Under the pieces are notes generated by a model that worked only from the letters and a program-made list of their open reading frames with translations, was not told where the DNA came from and did no database searches. The position numbers and the translations under genes are program-made. Below, piece by piece: positions 1 to 13,905 of a stretch of 64,000 nt of DNA. The stretch spans positions 2,852,001 through 2,916,000 of the forward strand of contig CM038999.1 in assembly GCA_017499595.2 (NCBI GenBank), read 5' to 3'. Position 1 is the stretch's first letter, and each line of letters opens with the position of its first letter. Source of the DNA: Psilocybe cubensis (lineage: Eukaryota).

Positions 1-914
1 AAGAGACGCACCAGGTAAAGTCCTCACAAATATGGCCGCACTTCGGTAACTGACGACATTTGACATTCTGCAGCTGTTCTACCAACCTCACTGCATCAAT
101 CCTTTTCTTTAAACACGCCACCTTCAGCAGAAATCTACTCATTATCGTCAGTATTGTCGACATACCTACATCAAGCCAGCACCAACTTCGCGTCCATCTT
201 TTCTTCTTTCCAATTCGGGCAATCAAATGACGTAGCATCCCTTGTATCTTTCTTCAAAACCTCAGAACAACCTGCGTTTGCTGCAGTCGAGTTGTCCAAG
301 CTACATGATATTGGAGAGCAAGGAGGACGATACAGTGAAGAATACTTGGACATTGCTGATGAAATCCGTGCCTTGTTGCAACAACTCATAGACGACGATC
401 GCTTTACCGTGGCGGTTCTTACCTATACCTCCCCTTCAGTGAACAAACGAGCTGCACCTCAAGAAACTCAGGCACCTCTCCCTCCATCAGATAAGCTACC
501 CCCACAACAACCTATTGGATCGATTTCGACCTGTTTTACGACCTTGGACGCCTGTAATAACGGCACCTCTACTTGCTCAGGCAGAGGCCAATGCCTCCAA
601 GCTTCAAAGGCTGGGCGAACATGTTTTGTATGCAGCTGTGGCATAACAACCACTGGAGAGGGAAACAAAATCAAGACTGATCACTGGGCAGGCGAAAGCT
701 GTGAACGTAAGGACATCAGTGGGTAAGTGACCAAATTTTTCATCTCGTAAAATTGGCAATTCAATTTTTTCTCAGTCCATTTGTTCTACTCACTGGAACT
801 GTGATCGTGATTATTTTGCTCATCGTTGGCTCCATTTCTCTACTTTACACTGTAGGGGATCAACCCTTGCCAAGCACCCTGTTAGCAACTGCTGTTCCTA
901 CCAAAAAGGAATGA
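1..914 (+). CDS. 3' part of a DUF3844-type single-pass membrane protein (Cys-rich EGF-like module, TM helix, short tail); gene starts before the window
   Basis: Exon 74-722 encodes CFTTLDACNNGTSTCSGRGQC...CFVCSC...WAGESCERKDISG; GT-AG intron 723-775; last exon 776-914 encodes PFVLLTGTVIVIILLIVGSISLLY...PTKKE*. Upstream intron 15-73. Confidence 0.75.
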
Positions 915-2778
915 AAGACTAGTCTTATGACCTCCTCCGGCCCCGCGCGCTATCCACATCGGCATGCAGCTTGCGAGCATTCCTGCCACGAAATTGATCT
1001 TGGAACCGTCACTGTGCAGACTCCACCCGCCTCTAGTTTGCTGTTTGTTGTAGTATCAGGACATTCCCAATTATGATAAAATTACAGTTGGTCTAATGAC
1101 AGTTCACCTATTTGTATATCGAGGATTGCTGATTTTTCGGCGTCGAATCTCGGCGAAGGAGTCCCTTCGCTCTCGTGTCAAGACACTGCGACTTGCTTTA
1201 CTCATGTCATTCCTACCCTCAGATAAAGTTATCCCATTTCGATAGTGTAGGCTTTTTATACATCGCAGGACCCATGTGCACTTTTCGATACTTACCTGAC
1301 TTACCCACCTGAACAAATATAGTGAAGGTCTCGTCCCTCTTTCTATTCAATTCAATTTACTGTTTCTAATTCTCTACAATTAATCTATTCAGCTGCTGCC
1401 ACTTTATGGGACGTCATTGGTCACCTGAAGATGCTGAAACGTTCAGAAAGTCTACCACCAATCTGGATCGTGTTATATTCTGTGTGTGGACGATACATTG
1501 TCGAGTATTTTAACACATGGACCGCCTATCAAAACCACAGGATAGCATACATGCCCGATAGTGATTCTGATATTGATTGGTGGGCTTTTCGAGGATGATG
1601 GCAGGTCATTCTCCTGCCGACCTGGCTCTGGTAAAGGTTTCACCATTACATTCGAAACCCTCATTTGTTCCCCGCCGAGTGTCTCTCGTTCATATGGGGT
1701 CCGAATTTACAGGTTTGCATTGGTGGCGGCATTAGGTCATGTGCAACATCTGGTCATCGTTTGACGTAACTTTGCGATGCGGCGGGGGAAGGGATCGAGC
1801 TCGAGCCGTGGGTTTTCTGGGCCTATCTCACCCTATGCTGCTCTAGGACATAGTCTCCCAGATATCAACGACTCTCACGTCAAGAACAGCGACCCACAGA
1901 GTCTTTCGCTCGGGTTGCCGCCGACCCTTCAGCCGAAAGAGTTGGTGTTTCGAACATTTTTACCAAATGATAAATTCATGCATAGGCGGAACAAGTCATG
2001 ACAACAAATTCGATGACGCCAAACGTTTGGTAGGCGTTCTGCCCATTGACCGATGACCCTCACTGATTTCCCAATGCATATACATTTCCTACTCCGCGAA
2101 ACTGGTCCCCAAGAACTACGGAGCCGAATTCGACGAGTTTAACCTTTGCTATCCACATGTGCATAATTCATTCAGTGATGTCAAAGAGGTCTACCGCTCT
2201 GATGCCAATCACATCCGTAAATAACGATCGTAAAATCTTCCAGGGCCTGTGCGTCTCTTCTGATGCGCATTTTAACGTCACAGAGACCTGTGGACCACTG
2301 GAGTATGAAGGCACGCAACTGCGCTGGACGGCCATATATATAGCAGTTTAGGTTTACGTCTTACTGATACGCACCAGAAAGTATTAACTTTCACTAGGCT
2401 TCTCTCACGACAATCTTAATCCTTCATCTCCATAATTTGACAGCGGGATCGGGGGGGTTCTAATTGGCCTGTCGTCTGTTCCGTTCGTTCAATTTATCTT
2501 TCCAAAAAAAAGATGTCTACATAGACAAAAGATGGCAAGTATAAAATTTTACGAAAACAACAAAGAACTATTGAAAGCCACTAGTAGGCTAGCTAGTTTA
2601 GTTTAGAGCTAGCCAGGAGGAAGGGTCATGGCATGCAAGATCCCTTCTATTAGATAGAAGTTGGGTGATTATTCACCCCCCAGAAAGTTCCTTTACATAC
2701 GATAGTAGACAGATGTCAAACGTACGATGATGACGCCGAAGCTCGTAAAGTAGTTGATTGTCGGTTCTAGGAATGAGA

Positions 2779-3964
2779 TCATGGGCCAAGCAGTGGTCCG
2801 TCACCAAAACCCTGGGCACGGCGAGCCGTCAATAGCATCAAGATCCTCTCATCTGCAGGATCCCGTCGGGGTGGAGCATTCATTTCAAGATAGTGTAGTG
2901 GTTGTAGGGATCTCTCCCGTTTCCCGTCGTCAGAGGAGCTTGAACTGGCTGGTCCAGGACGATGGGGGATGTGTTGTTCTTCGTGTGCTGGACTCTCCGG
3001 AGGCCACGTATCTGTGTGTGAAGGGTGTGTGGATGTTGGAGAGGCTGTGGGTGGCGAGGAAGGTCTAGGTGCATATGGCACGTATTCCAGTCGAGAGAAC
3101 ACAGAAGATTCGGAGTCAGGATTAAAAATATGGTCAGGCCTCCCTTTTGCAGACCGTGCGCTTTTGTATTTTCCATGAGGAACGGCCAAGTTGGCTAATT
3201 GAGGAATATCATCGATTGATCTGAGCCGACTAACAGTGTCTTCGGTAAAGTATGCGACTGAGAATGCGACAGCAGTCGGTTAGTAGCTTAATCGCAACGC
3301 TGAGATGAGAGGACCGTACTAAGATGCCACTTCCGCCGGCCACGCGGTGTATCGACATACACAGTATATGTCTGTTTGATCAAAACGGACCGCATAGGAT
3401 CATAAGATGGGGACCTGTGGGAGGAGATAGAAGAGGGGCATCGGCGAAACGAAAAGACAACGATGAAAGGCGATCGTACAAACTATCTGCGTATAATTGT
3501 TGGGATGAAGGTTTTTCGTGATAAAAAAGAAACCCCTAAAGTGTCAAATTGTGTTCAGTCAATGGTGAAAGAACATAGGAGTTGAGTTGGGACCGCAGCC
3601 CCGGGCCTTACTTCTCGCACTCTTGATGGACCCCAGCGGATACCTGATGGATATGGCGTAAGGATCGATGAAAACAGTCTAATGTAAGTCAAACTCGCCA
3701 TCAGTCCATCTTTCGATGCCCACCTGAGACCTAAAAGTCAGCGGGAACCTGCGGGATAAAAAAGAGGTGTGTTACCCCAGTCAACTCGGCCTGTGGACCT
3801 CTTTCCTCCCAAACATAGACGGATCCCGTTGATATAAGACTGCGCTCCTCGGTGTCGAGACGACGAGTGACCATAGGGAACATATTGAGGTAGACGGAAT
3901 GGAAGATTACACGGGCATCGGCAGGGGAGCGAATGCGAATGCCAGTTATTGTTGCGCGCTGCAT
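2779..3964 (-). CDS. Gti1/Pac2 family (WOPR domain) transcriptional regulator, multi-exon
   Basis: MQRATITGIRIRSPADARVIFHSV...RRLDTEERSLISTGSVYVWEE, then spliced VGIERWTDG|IRWGPSRVRE|GFLFYHEK, the WOPR signature; C-terminal ORF 2779-3189. Introns 3775-3724, 3698-3644 (GC-AG), 3611-3536; later junctions not fully resolved. Confidence 0.85.
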
Positions 3965-6900
3965 TTGAGAAACGGGGAGGGTAGAAGGAAGCAAGTGGTT
4001 TATGACATAGGAATGGGCCCTGCCTTTAACAGGATGGATCGCAAGCGCCATCAAGTTTTCACAGGACCTCACGACGGATGGGGTATTTGGGTTTACGACA
4101 TGAACTATGTAGCATGACTTCGAAAAAGGCCGTCCAATATTAGAGTTTTAGAAATCCCTTGGAGATCAGGGACAAATCGGATGTGAATTAATGGAACCTA
4201 ATAGACGTGTGCCTGAGCGGTGCAACCGATAAATAAAGAATACACGGAAAGGGGAGGGAAGAGAAGGAGGAATACCGGAGGTGGAGGAGGCAGAAGAGTG
4301 GGAGGAGAGTAGAAAGGGAGGAGACTGAAGAAAAGTTGGACGGGAGGATGTATGCCGGGGATTGGCAGAGATTTGATAGAGGTGAAATTGCAGCGGATGA
4401 CGCAGGTTGGTTGCCAATCTCTACTCCGGCATATTCCTCGCCCTTTGCCGGCAATAGACGATGCTAATTAACACTCTATATCTAGTCATATTCTTCGGTC
4501 CGATACCTTCACTTGAACTTCCACTAGGCGCCAGTCTCCTCCCCCAACATTCATCTTATTATCCGCGGTCTAGGCACTACCACCTGCAATAACAATTTAT
4601 CCCCGTCCTCGGTCGGTTATCTTGCAACCTGGGGAATTTGTCTCTTGTTCCGAACATAAATCCGGGACGCTTATACGCTAATTTCTTTCCTTGCAAGCCG
4701 GCTATGATATCGCCCTCGAGCTGTATTTCCTCACAGACTCCTACAACTACACTCATGACAATTTCGAACTATGAGCAGAATTGACATGCATTATCTTCTC
4801 AAAGCTCTTCACCGATATGTCCCACCAATCGTGGTCAAAATGAATATCTAATCGAGTACACATACATCACCTTGGCCCAAACTTGGCCCAAACTTGGCGT
4901 TGATGTACCAATAGTTCATGGAATACCTTTGGATTGCTTTTGCCATTTATAAGTCACCCAGAGCACCTGCTTAATTCATTTCTGCCAAGGTGCCTGCTCT
5001 GTCAGTTCGACAATTGAGATACAACAGGCATTCACAGAAAACGATGCAAGGCTTTGAACAAAGAAGGGAAAGACTCGGAAGTTCGGGCCTAAACACGATC
5101 TGTGCTTTTTTATGCATGCTTGTCCACCTCAAGGGTTTATTCGACGATCTTTCGAGTGCTCATTTGCCTCCGTAGCGGGAACAGACTACCTGCAGACGTC
5201 CAATTGTTCAATTCAAGCGCTATCATCAACGAAGGGTAATTCGCCTCCCCTATAAAGTGCGGTGATGAGGTATTGAATATCGCCGTCTGTTTGTCCAGTA
5301 ATTTTCTATTTAGGACATAAGACTGACAGCCATTCTCGCTCTAATCGACGGGTTGGCCATAGTTCGGATTAGCATCCGTGCTACACTAAAACAACTGTAT
5401 TATCGCCACCCATAGTCTTGGGCATCTGAATTTAAGCAAGCCTCCTTTTTGTCTCGAGGGTGATCCGCGAACATATCAAAGACTTAAAAGAATGTCTGAT
5501 CGTGAAACGAATATACACTTCGATAGATATAATATCTCCGTGCCCTGATCACCTCCTTATCAGATAGAGCGTGTCTATATTTCCTTGAGCTACCTAGACC
5601 ACAGAATGTTGAATTGGATTCAGAGGCCTTGCTCGAGTTGTGTAGTATTTGCTGTTGTTGCTCTCAATAAGCGCCCATGACTTAAAGATAGAATTTATAC
5701 AAGTGGTTTCAAACCGAAGACCTGAGAAATCGTTTCCTCAATAATTGGATTTTTACTTCCGACAGCCATTAACACGCGTTATGCTCAACGGAGATACCTA
5801 CAATCTGATGTCCAGAAAATGGCGAAAGATCAGGTCTGCGCAAGCACGATTGTCGTTGATCGACTCATGTAGAGCTCGGAAGAGCGATCCCCTTGCCAAA
5901 ATAGTAATTAAAGCACTCAAGAGATAAGTCTCTATCCGCTAGTTCCCGAAGAACATGGAGATCAACCAAAATAGAGTGATTGTCCCTAAAGAAAGGCACA
6001 TCACTTTTTGCGCCGTTTAATCGTCGCTTTTTCCTTATTTTCAGTTCGTTCTCAAGGTACCGGTTTAAAATCAAGCAAGTCTTTGAGTCCCAAATTTAAC
6101 TAATCTTTGTTATGATACCGGTAAGCCTCTATTCCTTTCAAATTTCAAATAACCTTACCAGGGGCAACGTAAAACAAGCCTTAATTATTGCTTGATTGCT
6201 ATAGTTGAAGCTGATATAATAATCAACACGCAATTTGAATCGGTAATTGGCAACAAACGTGAATAACAGACAATAAAGCGCTCTCGTCCTGTAGTGCGGA
6301 GAAGGGCAGTTGTCCGTTACTTCTGCCACTCGCTAAGTTCGTTCAGACCTACAAGGAAAAACTGTGGTGCCGACTCGGAGCGCGTCTTCAGGTAACCTTG
6401 ATTTGCTGAACCATCGTACCAAGATCATATTCAAGGTAAATTCTCTTTGACAGATTCTCACGAGTGTGCTTTGCAAGTCCGTGATATGCATTGCATTATG
6501 GAATGCACCAACTATGTTCTAGTAACATACCTAGTGAGTTCACCGTGCTGAATCTCTAACAAAAGCTTATGGCAGATTCGATGAACCCGCGAACCAGCGC
6601 TCGACCAATCCCATTCGTCTTTGCAGCTTTGCTCCACTTTTGCGAGGGCATCTACCTGTCTTCACGTCTCCGCTGGCATACGCCGCAAATGCCAATGTCA
6701 TTCTTTTGTGCGTGGCTGGTTGATCAGAATGCCACAACCCCGCGTCAAAGCCGTAAGCCGGACTAATTTTGAAGGTCGGCAGCGAGCCCAAGCATTGGCA
6801 GAGACTGCAATGATATCATAGATGACTCTACCCCTCTTTGAAAACTTGGAAAAGTAGACTGCGATTCAATTGAGATCTTGCCATCACAGTTATCTAAGAT

Positions 6901-9839
6901 GTATAGTTATGTTGGTCCAGGAGGTCTATACGCTAGGGCACAGAACCTGCCTTCGTTGACAATTTGACGTGAGGTACTCGTCGTATTATGAGAGTCCAGT
7001 GCGTTATCCTTTAGCCATTGCGAGATACGTGTCTGCGCCGACAACATGGCTCGAGTACTTCAATCAATTCAGGTTCTTTCACAAGGTAATCATAAGGTCA
7101 CGATGAGCTACGTTACAAATTAACCTTCGTGGGTAAGATACAGGTGGGCGTCCTAATAAGTATCTTCGAAAGCTTCAATAGGAGAACCATCCGACTGACA
7201 CGTTGCTTGATGATTTGCGTCAGTTCTTGGGAGATCAACTATAGGGCTGTAGGCAAAATTATAGGTAACCGAGACTAAACAAAGTTCAGAGCATGAGGTA
7301 TTTGAGTTTATGGTAAGTTGTGTTAGTTGACAGAGTACCATCTTCCTGAATGCTTCGGCGATAATTTTTCAGGAGGCATGATAATTACATTCATTCTCTA
7401 TCTCAGTGCTCAAACAGTGTTTTCTCCTTCTATCAAGATTGAGAGATACGTATGTATAAGTTAACTTACTTCATATTCGCCAATTGCTTAACGCCAATGA
7501 GATAGAAATACTTGTTTCTTAATACCCGTGCATTTTACCTTAATGGGGGACTTTGTCTCGTTTCGTAGTAGAGCTGATTGCTTGAAGAAAGAATATACCA
7601 GTCGTTGCTAGTACACATCACCCCATTCACATGACCTTAACCTCCATAGATTGCACGAAACTATTCGACGCCCAACGTCAAAGAAGCACTCCACAGATGT
7701 TGTACAACAAGCACCAGTCAAGTAACCTACGTGACGCCTGCAATCCGGTTGCAGTATCGACCTTGGAGCATGAACTGACTTAGCGGGAATAGCATATGTC
7801 AATAAAACACAGGGTCGCTTCATGGCGCCAGTTTTGCTCAGTGGTGTCTTCACGCATTGTTTGCATATGCCGAAGCTGTTTGTGGCGATTGGCTGGCAAT
7901 ACTCAAGAAGCCAAAGTTTATATGATTGACAGTAGCAAGTTTAAAAATAGCACGTACCTCTGCAGCTTCGATTCGGGTCAGACATTTCATGCCAGAAGCT
8001 TGGAAGCGCGATCAGCTAAGCTTTAAAATTAATTTGAAGGCCTCCATGGGGGATCTTACGATGCAGCTCATATGACTGCAAGCGGTGTGCAACCTTCATG
8101 GTCAATCCAATCCATATTTATGTTTGCCCTGGAAGATCGGAATACCAAGAACGCCTATTCACGACTTCACCCTTAGGAAGAGGTTCGAAAGTTAAGCAAG
8201 GGTTCCATTATCGAAACTATCGGAGCATGATCAGAGGTATACCCCGATGCCATATATGCTGCCAAAGGTCTCCTCTTGAGGCATCAGAATGACGAACCTG
8301 GGTTTGCGCCGAGTCGTACATAATATTTATGTCGTACAGCGAAATAGACGAAGTCCCTCAACTCTCGTCCACCTGCCGAAGTGCCGAATTTCAATACCAG
8401 ATATGGGAAAGGCTTGGAACACTAGAAATGGCCCAAAAAGGTAATTATAAGCACCAATCAATGCTTTGAGTACGTGTCTCAGATCACATTTCTCAGGCGT
8501 GCCGATCCCTCTACGTTGCATTTCTACTTGAAAAAATGATTGTGAGAGAAAGTACAATCCTATTCCTGTCACAGAGTTCATCCTACTAGGACCTCGCGCA
8601 AGACTCGCAAAATTTTCAGGATGGGAAAGCATTCCACCTACATCAACTTGGGATCGGATGACAAATGATAGAGAAAGACGTGATCTTGCAATTATATTGG
8701 CGACATCATGTCATGACGGAATCAGCTTGGAATCGGCAACATTGACACAAAATCTATGATCCCTTCTCTCACTGTCAACCAGTTCCAACGTCACGTCTGA
8801 ATGATGGTAAGAAATGTTTACAAACCCTTTGTGTAGAAATTGGTGCAGCCTCACTAGTATCAGCCGCAACTTCAATACACTTAGTGAGCACCAACAGACT
8901 TGCAGCAATCCCAAAACGCACGTTATAATGTATACAGAAGTCGATTCACTCACTTACGGTTCACGCATCACATCGGGCATGTAGGCGTTTCAATTGTCCC
9001 CAAGCAACCCGAGACACGAAACCACCTTCCGCAATTCACCGCATTTAAATATTGTGGTATCTTCATTCTAGATTGTTACAGAAAGAAAATGTACGGTACT
9101 GTAGAGATAGAGAGCACAGATGTAGCTATGAGAAAGCAATGGTGCGTGGTGTGGGGGATAGGAGGTTTAGACGGATGGAGGCTGAGCGCACTGCTAATAG
9201 CACAAGACAAGCGGGTATGGTAAATAACGTCACGGAAGAGAGGATGGGGTCTATGTACAATGAAAACAAAGGAAAAAAGTGATCGATCGTCGAGGCAAGA
9301 GGCAAAGTGACCAATGGAAAATAAGAAAACGGAATGCGAGAGGTTTAAAATGGTTTTTGCTTTGCCCGAACACGGAGGGTCGCAAGGCCCGAGCAGGGTC
9401 ATCGTTGGTCTGTGATCAATACCTGCTATCCAAGCCGAACAGAAAAGCTCCCAAGTCACAATGCGAGCAATGGTATGTAACGCTTGTGATACAGGCGCAA
9501 TTGCAACCCATAGAATGAAATCATGCTATTGACACAAAATCTGCAAGAAGCAGAAGCCCTGATAAAAAAATTAAATGAAATGTCCGACAAGCTATCTCGG
9601 GCGTAATGGTGAGGTACTGTGTGACGAATGAGTATTTCAGCCTGCCGTCCTTTGCAGGTAGTAGGATTCCAACCAGTGTGAGTCTTGAAAAGAATGTGAA
9701 TGAGTGTGTAGTACGGCCTGTGCGTTGTTGCGGGTGTTGCAAGGATAGCAGTTGAGCTGATAAACACAATTGCTTCTGCACCATAAATATCGTCTGGTTC
9801 GTGTATCGTCGTGAAGAGAGAAGAAAAATATCTAACGGA

Positions 9840-10672
9840 TCATTTTCTGTTTTTCTTCTTCTTCGAGCCATTGATAAGGGAACCAGCCTCCGTGATCATC
9901 TTTTGTAATTCACCACTCTTTTCTAGAGCACGAATATTATCGACAGATGTATCAACGGGCTTGCCGCCGATGAGCAACACGGGGAGTTCGGGATAAGAAG
10001 TGAGGCGGGCAAGCATGGGTATTAGCACGTCTGCATCGTCCCGGATGTCAACGTCTATGATAGTAGGCGCAGGACGGAGATATAGATCTGCAAGAATGCT
10101 TTTGATTTCTCGTGACGCAGGCGAATACACCTAGAAAAAGGTTGAGAAAGAGCAAAAGAACGATGACAACCAAAGCGAACCTTTGACCAAAGGAAAACTG
10201 GATTTCTTAGCCAAACATCCTCAACCATTGCCTTGACTTCCTCACGAGCGCGTGGCCCCCGTGTATCAAAGTCCAACACTAACGAAGGGTCGATTGGTAT
10301 TGACGGGTCTACGGAGGGAGGGATGACATTCTGAGGAAGGCTCGCAAGAAAGCTGGTAACGGCAGCGAGTTCCTGCGCTTGGTCAAGCTTCAGAGACATC
10401 TTTCGATGATGACCCCCTTTCAGGTGCTTGTGGCCTGACCCGCCGGCCAGTCGCGAGTTTTGAATCGTCTCCAAGGCTATAGCCAGCTGCTCTGCGGCAG
10501 CCGAGTCCGACCGCCGGAGAGCCATAGCTGGGGAAAAGGAGGCGCTGTTTGCGATGAAAATGTAGCTGGAAAGACACACGAGGATGATCAGGGCGACGAA
10601 AGTGGCTCGTTGCTTCGGTTTCCGAGGGTGGAAAGCGGCGAGAACATTGGCTAACTGCGGGGGCAATGACAT
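9840..10672 (-). CDS. Membrane-anchored glutaredoxin-fold protein lacking the active-site cysteine
   Basis: N-terminal basic stretch plus TM (RKPKQRATFVALIILVCLSSYIFIA); intron 10180-10131 joins NPVFLWSK|VYSPASREIKSIL...IIDVDIRDD...LARLTSYPELPVLLIGGKPV...SGELQKMI, a glutaredoxin fold pattern. Confidence 0.8.
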
Positions 10673-11150
10673 TGACGACGAAGGAGGCAAATATGAACGG
10701 ACAAAGGTGGTACTGGAGCGGGGTGGTGATCGACTATTGAGACGAGGGAAAGACATACAATAGATAAGCCAGGACAAAAGAGGGATTATAATGAGAGAAG
10801 TTAGAAAAGAATGTAGTGTGGATGTTAGTGCAGCGAATAGGCTTGGCAAACTTCCTTGTATTCCGTCCGGTCCAAACAAGCCACAACCGAGACTTCTCCT
10901 AACATTGACGCGACGGTTGACCCACTCTCCGACCCAGTTTTAATTCCTTCAAAATGGACACCCTTGTTCCTGGCCAGAAAGCACCGCACCGTACTCTTTT
11001 AGTCCTCTGATTTCCATTCAACTCCACGTAGCACTAGTTAATATTCCCAGACACTTTCTTTCGTCATTACGATTGCGCGGCACCACTGTGCCGCATTACA
11101 AGGCGCATCGTGCCTCGGACTAACTACTTATAATATTAAATACCATATAC

Positions 11151-13044
11151 TTAGTATCCTACCTGCACCTTAACATTCATCGTTACGCCCCCATTCCAGT
11201 CTTCAACTCTCCGCTGCCCGACCAGACTAAACGTAGAGTCTTCAGTGCCGACGAATCCAAATGCATAACTTTGTACCACGATGTCAACGAGCGGTGGGTA
11301 CCACTCGCCGAAACGCTCCAAGGTCCGCTCTGCGGTGTGATTGATGTAGAACCACTCCTGATTTTTTACGTTCGCCCAAAACCGGGGCGACTTCTCATCT
11401 TAAAATGCAGCAATCAAATCGCGAGTCAGGTTCATCAACGTGTAGATAGGTAGCTTTAGGTACCTGAAACGACGACGACATTCGTAACAGGAATGTCTCT
11501 TTCCATCAGCTCCATCTTGACGTCGTCGACGCGCTTTTTGTATGTTGAAAGAGGGGGGAAACAATCCACCTGTCCACTATGCGAGCAGAACATCGCGAAA
11601 TCACCCCGCCGGATGTGAACAATGATGAACTAAAAATGAACAATAAGCGCGGGTCTATTTCTAGAATCACAAAAATTCTACCGGTGGAACTTCCTCTGCT
11701 TCATCCAGACCGAACACATTCGAAAGGTATTGATATCCAAGGTCTTCAATTTCTCTTGTGAACCGCACATGTCGCCCGACAGTGCGCCACACAGGTGACC
11801 AGGAATATTGCCATTCAAATGCCTTTGCCCCGGATGTTGCATAGTACATCGTATCGAAACACGATAGCTGTGATTCAGGTGTGTCCCAGTGCCCTCCTGG
11901 CGAAGGAGCCAGAGTGCGGAAACTTTCAGGATCAGCAATGGGATCGATAGGGTAAATTAGAGCGGCGAGATGCGGGAATACGACGTGCGTCTCTTCTGGA
12001 TTCGAGGGGTCGAGTCGCGTGTGGCTTGGAACCCTGGTGTAGGATACATCAAGTCCGAGATGATGTACCACGTTTTCAGCGCGTATAGGATTCCCTTCGC
12101 TTTCTTTGCGCGTGGTCCAGCAGCCCAGGGGTTCGACTTCACGCGTTGAGTACGGATCTGCAGAGTAGCGCGATGGCAAAGCCTTCACGTCGCGCCACTC
12201 TAAGATGGGTGTTCGAAGCTGCTTTCTTAAATGATCTAAATCAAATAAGTCGCCAAAGGGTATTATACCAGCAGAGCTTGCTAATAAATTTCACCAATTA
12301 GTATTTCACTTCACGAAAGAGTGAGCGGCACGCACAGATATGATGGTCAGGAGCAAATGGAGGCAAAATAGGAACTCTGTCAGTGAGCAATCCAAGATAA
12401 ATCATGTTAACCTAAATCCTCAAAGAAGACAGAAGCCTTTTAATTCATTAATCAAGCAGAATTGGCTCAAAGGCTACGTACATAGCCCATGAATTGATTT
12501 GCTGTACAATCATGCGTAAGACAATCTGAGAATTAGCGAATAGGGAGTAGAACCTACTAAAGCCCGCATTTGACCAGCTAGTAATGTAGCTAGTATCGTT
12601 CCGAAGGTTGTCTGCATGGTTCCTTCCATTGAGCCGCGATGGTTTTAATAGCACGAAGCCGATGCAGCACTCACCTCTAAACTTTCGCGTGGCGGGTCCA
12701 TTCACTGCTTCAGATGACACTTCAGCCCCTTTAGCCGCCCCCCATCGACGTATATTGAACTCGCGCAATGCAAATCGGTTTGAAGGGTACACTTTATGGG
12801 GCTCCAGTATGAATATGCAGAGCAACACCGAGAAGAAAAAAACAACAGCGGCAAGTGTGCGTCTTCCTCTGGTTGATAACATGAACCACATTCGCAGGCG
12901 TTGTAAAAATCGTTGGATACGAGAGCCATGTCGTTGTCTCGTTTTCGAGCCTGATGGGCCTGTGGAGCCTAGCGGGAGAGAACCACCTGTGCCAGCCCTC
13001 GGTCTGAAATAACGATCGGAAATGTGGACGCGCTCATTCACCAT
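11151..13044 (-). CDS. O-fucosyltransferase-like (GT-B) type II membrane protein, paralog A
   Basis: TM (TLAAVVFFFSVLLCIFIL); spliced SWSNAGF|TNQFMGY|VNMIYLGLLTDRVPILPPF; VHIRRGDF; FVGTEDSTFSLVGQRRVEDWNG near the C-terminus; TAA at 11151-11153. These motifs match GDP-fucose-binding fucosyltransferase families. Confidence 0.75.
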
Positions 13045-13905
13045 CTTGCTAGGGATTCAAACCGTTCGTGGATTGTCTTTTGCCAGCGGTAGAGGCGCCT
13101 CCGTCGACGAGTCTAATAATCTATAGAACGTGTCTTGTTTCGGTGGCTGGGAGCTTGTGCACTACTCCCTTCACGCCACCTGCCCTCAGTCCAGGTCCAA
13201 CTTGCAGTTATCCTGAATCGTCCGATCTTGCCGCACTTTCCTACCAATTGAATTTGCCAGAATTTGTGTCTTTTTTTGCGGATGTCAAGTTTTAAAGTGA
13301 GGAGCAGTGTCTGTCTTATGGCATGAAAAATGGAACGAGTGATAAGGAATTATTTTTGGGAGACATCAACGGTGTTCAACTCTGCATTTCTAACATTTGA
13401 CTGGAATCCAGGGCACGGCATTTTTGATGGCTTTGTTTACGTCCATTCAATAGCTTCTACTCAACAGGTAGTTGAGGTCTAACCGAAAATCAAATACTGT
13501 TAGAAATTGAGAACCTGATGTGCTATACCGACAAACGAACGCGATTAAACCACATTACACACTGGCATATCCATCGAATCTTTGTCCACTCATTAGGAGT
13601 AAGTGATCAGACGAGCGCTAAAGATAAAGATGAAAAGAAACAATTACATTCGTGATACAAAAAATAATTTAGTCTGTTCCTCATCTACTACGTATGTGTA
13701 TTAAATACATGATGATGCTGATGCTGATGATTACTGTCCGCTAATCTAATTATCCCAAGGTGTGCCGTTTGTGTGTGTGTTGCATGTATGCGTAGTGTGT
13801 ATAATGAGAGTGGATGTAGGTTCGAAGGTGAGTCAATGAAGTCTCGACTGGGCCAATTGGGTTTTTATACTTTTTCAATCTTGATGGGAGTTGTTTAAAT
13901 ATCGG

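Noticed and set aside
529-710. EGF-like module of the DUF3844 protein as substrate of the nearby fucosyltransferases
   Set aside because: CNNGTSTC has six residues between the cysteines, matching neither the EGF C-X4-(S/T)-C nor the TSR C-X2-(S/T)-C O-fucose consensus; proximity alone is not evidence.
2587-2614. 8-bp stem hairpin GGCTAGCT...AGCTAGCC downstream of the WOPR gene
   Set aside because: Short, made of low-complexity CTAG repeats; intrinsic terminators do not apply here.
8300-8960. Possible decayed F-box/LRR-type gene
   Set aside because: Only vague hydrophobic patterning across stop-interrupted frames; no motif I can defend.
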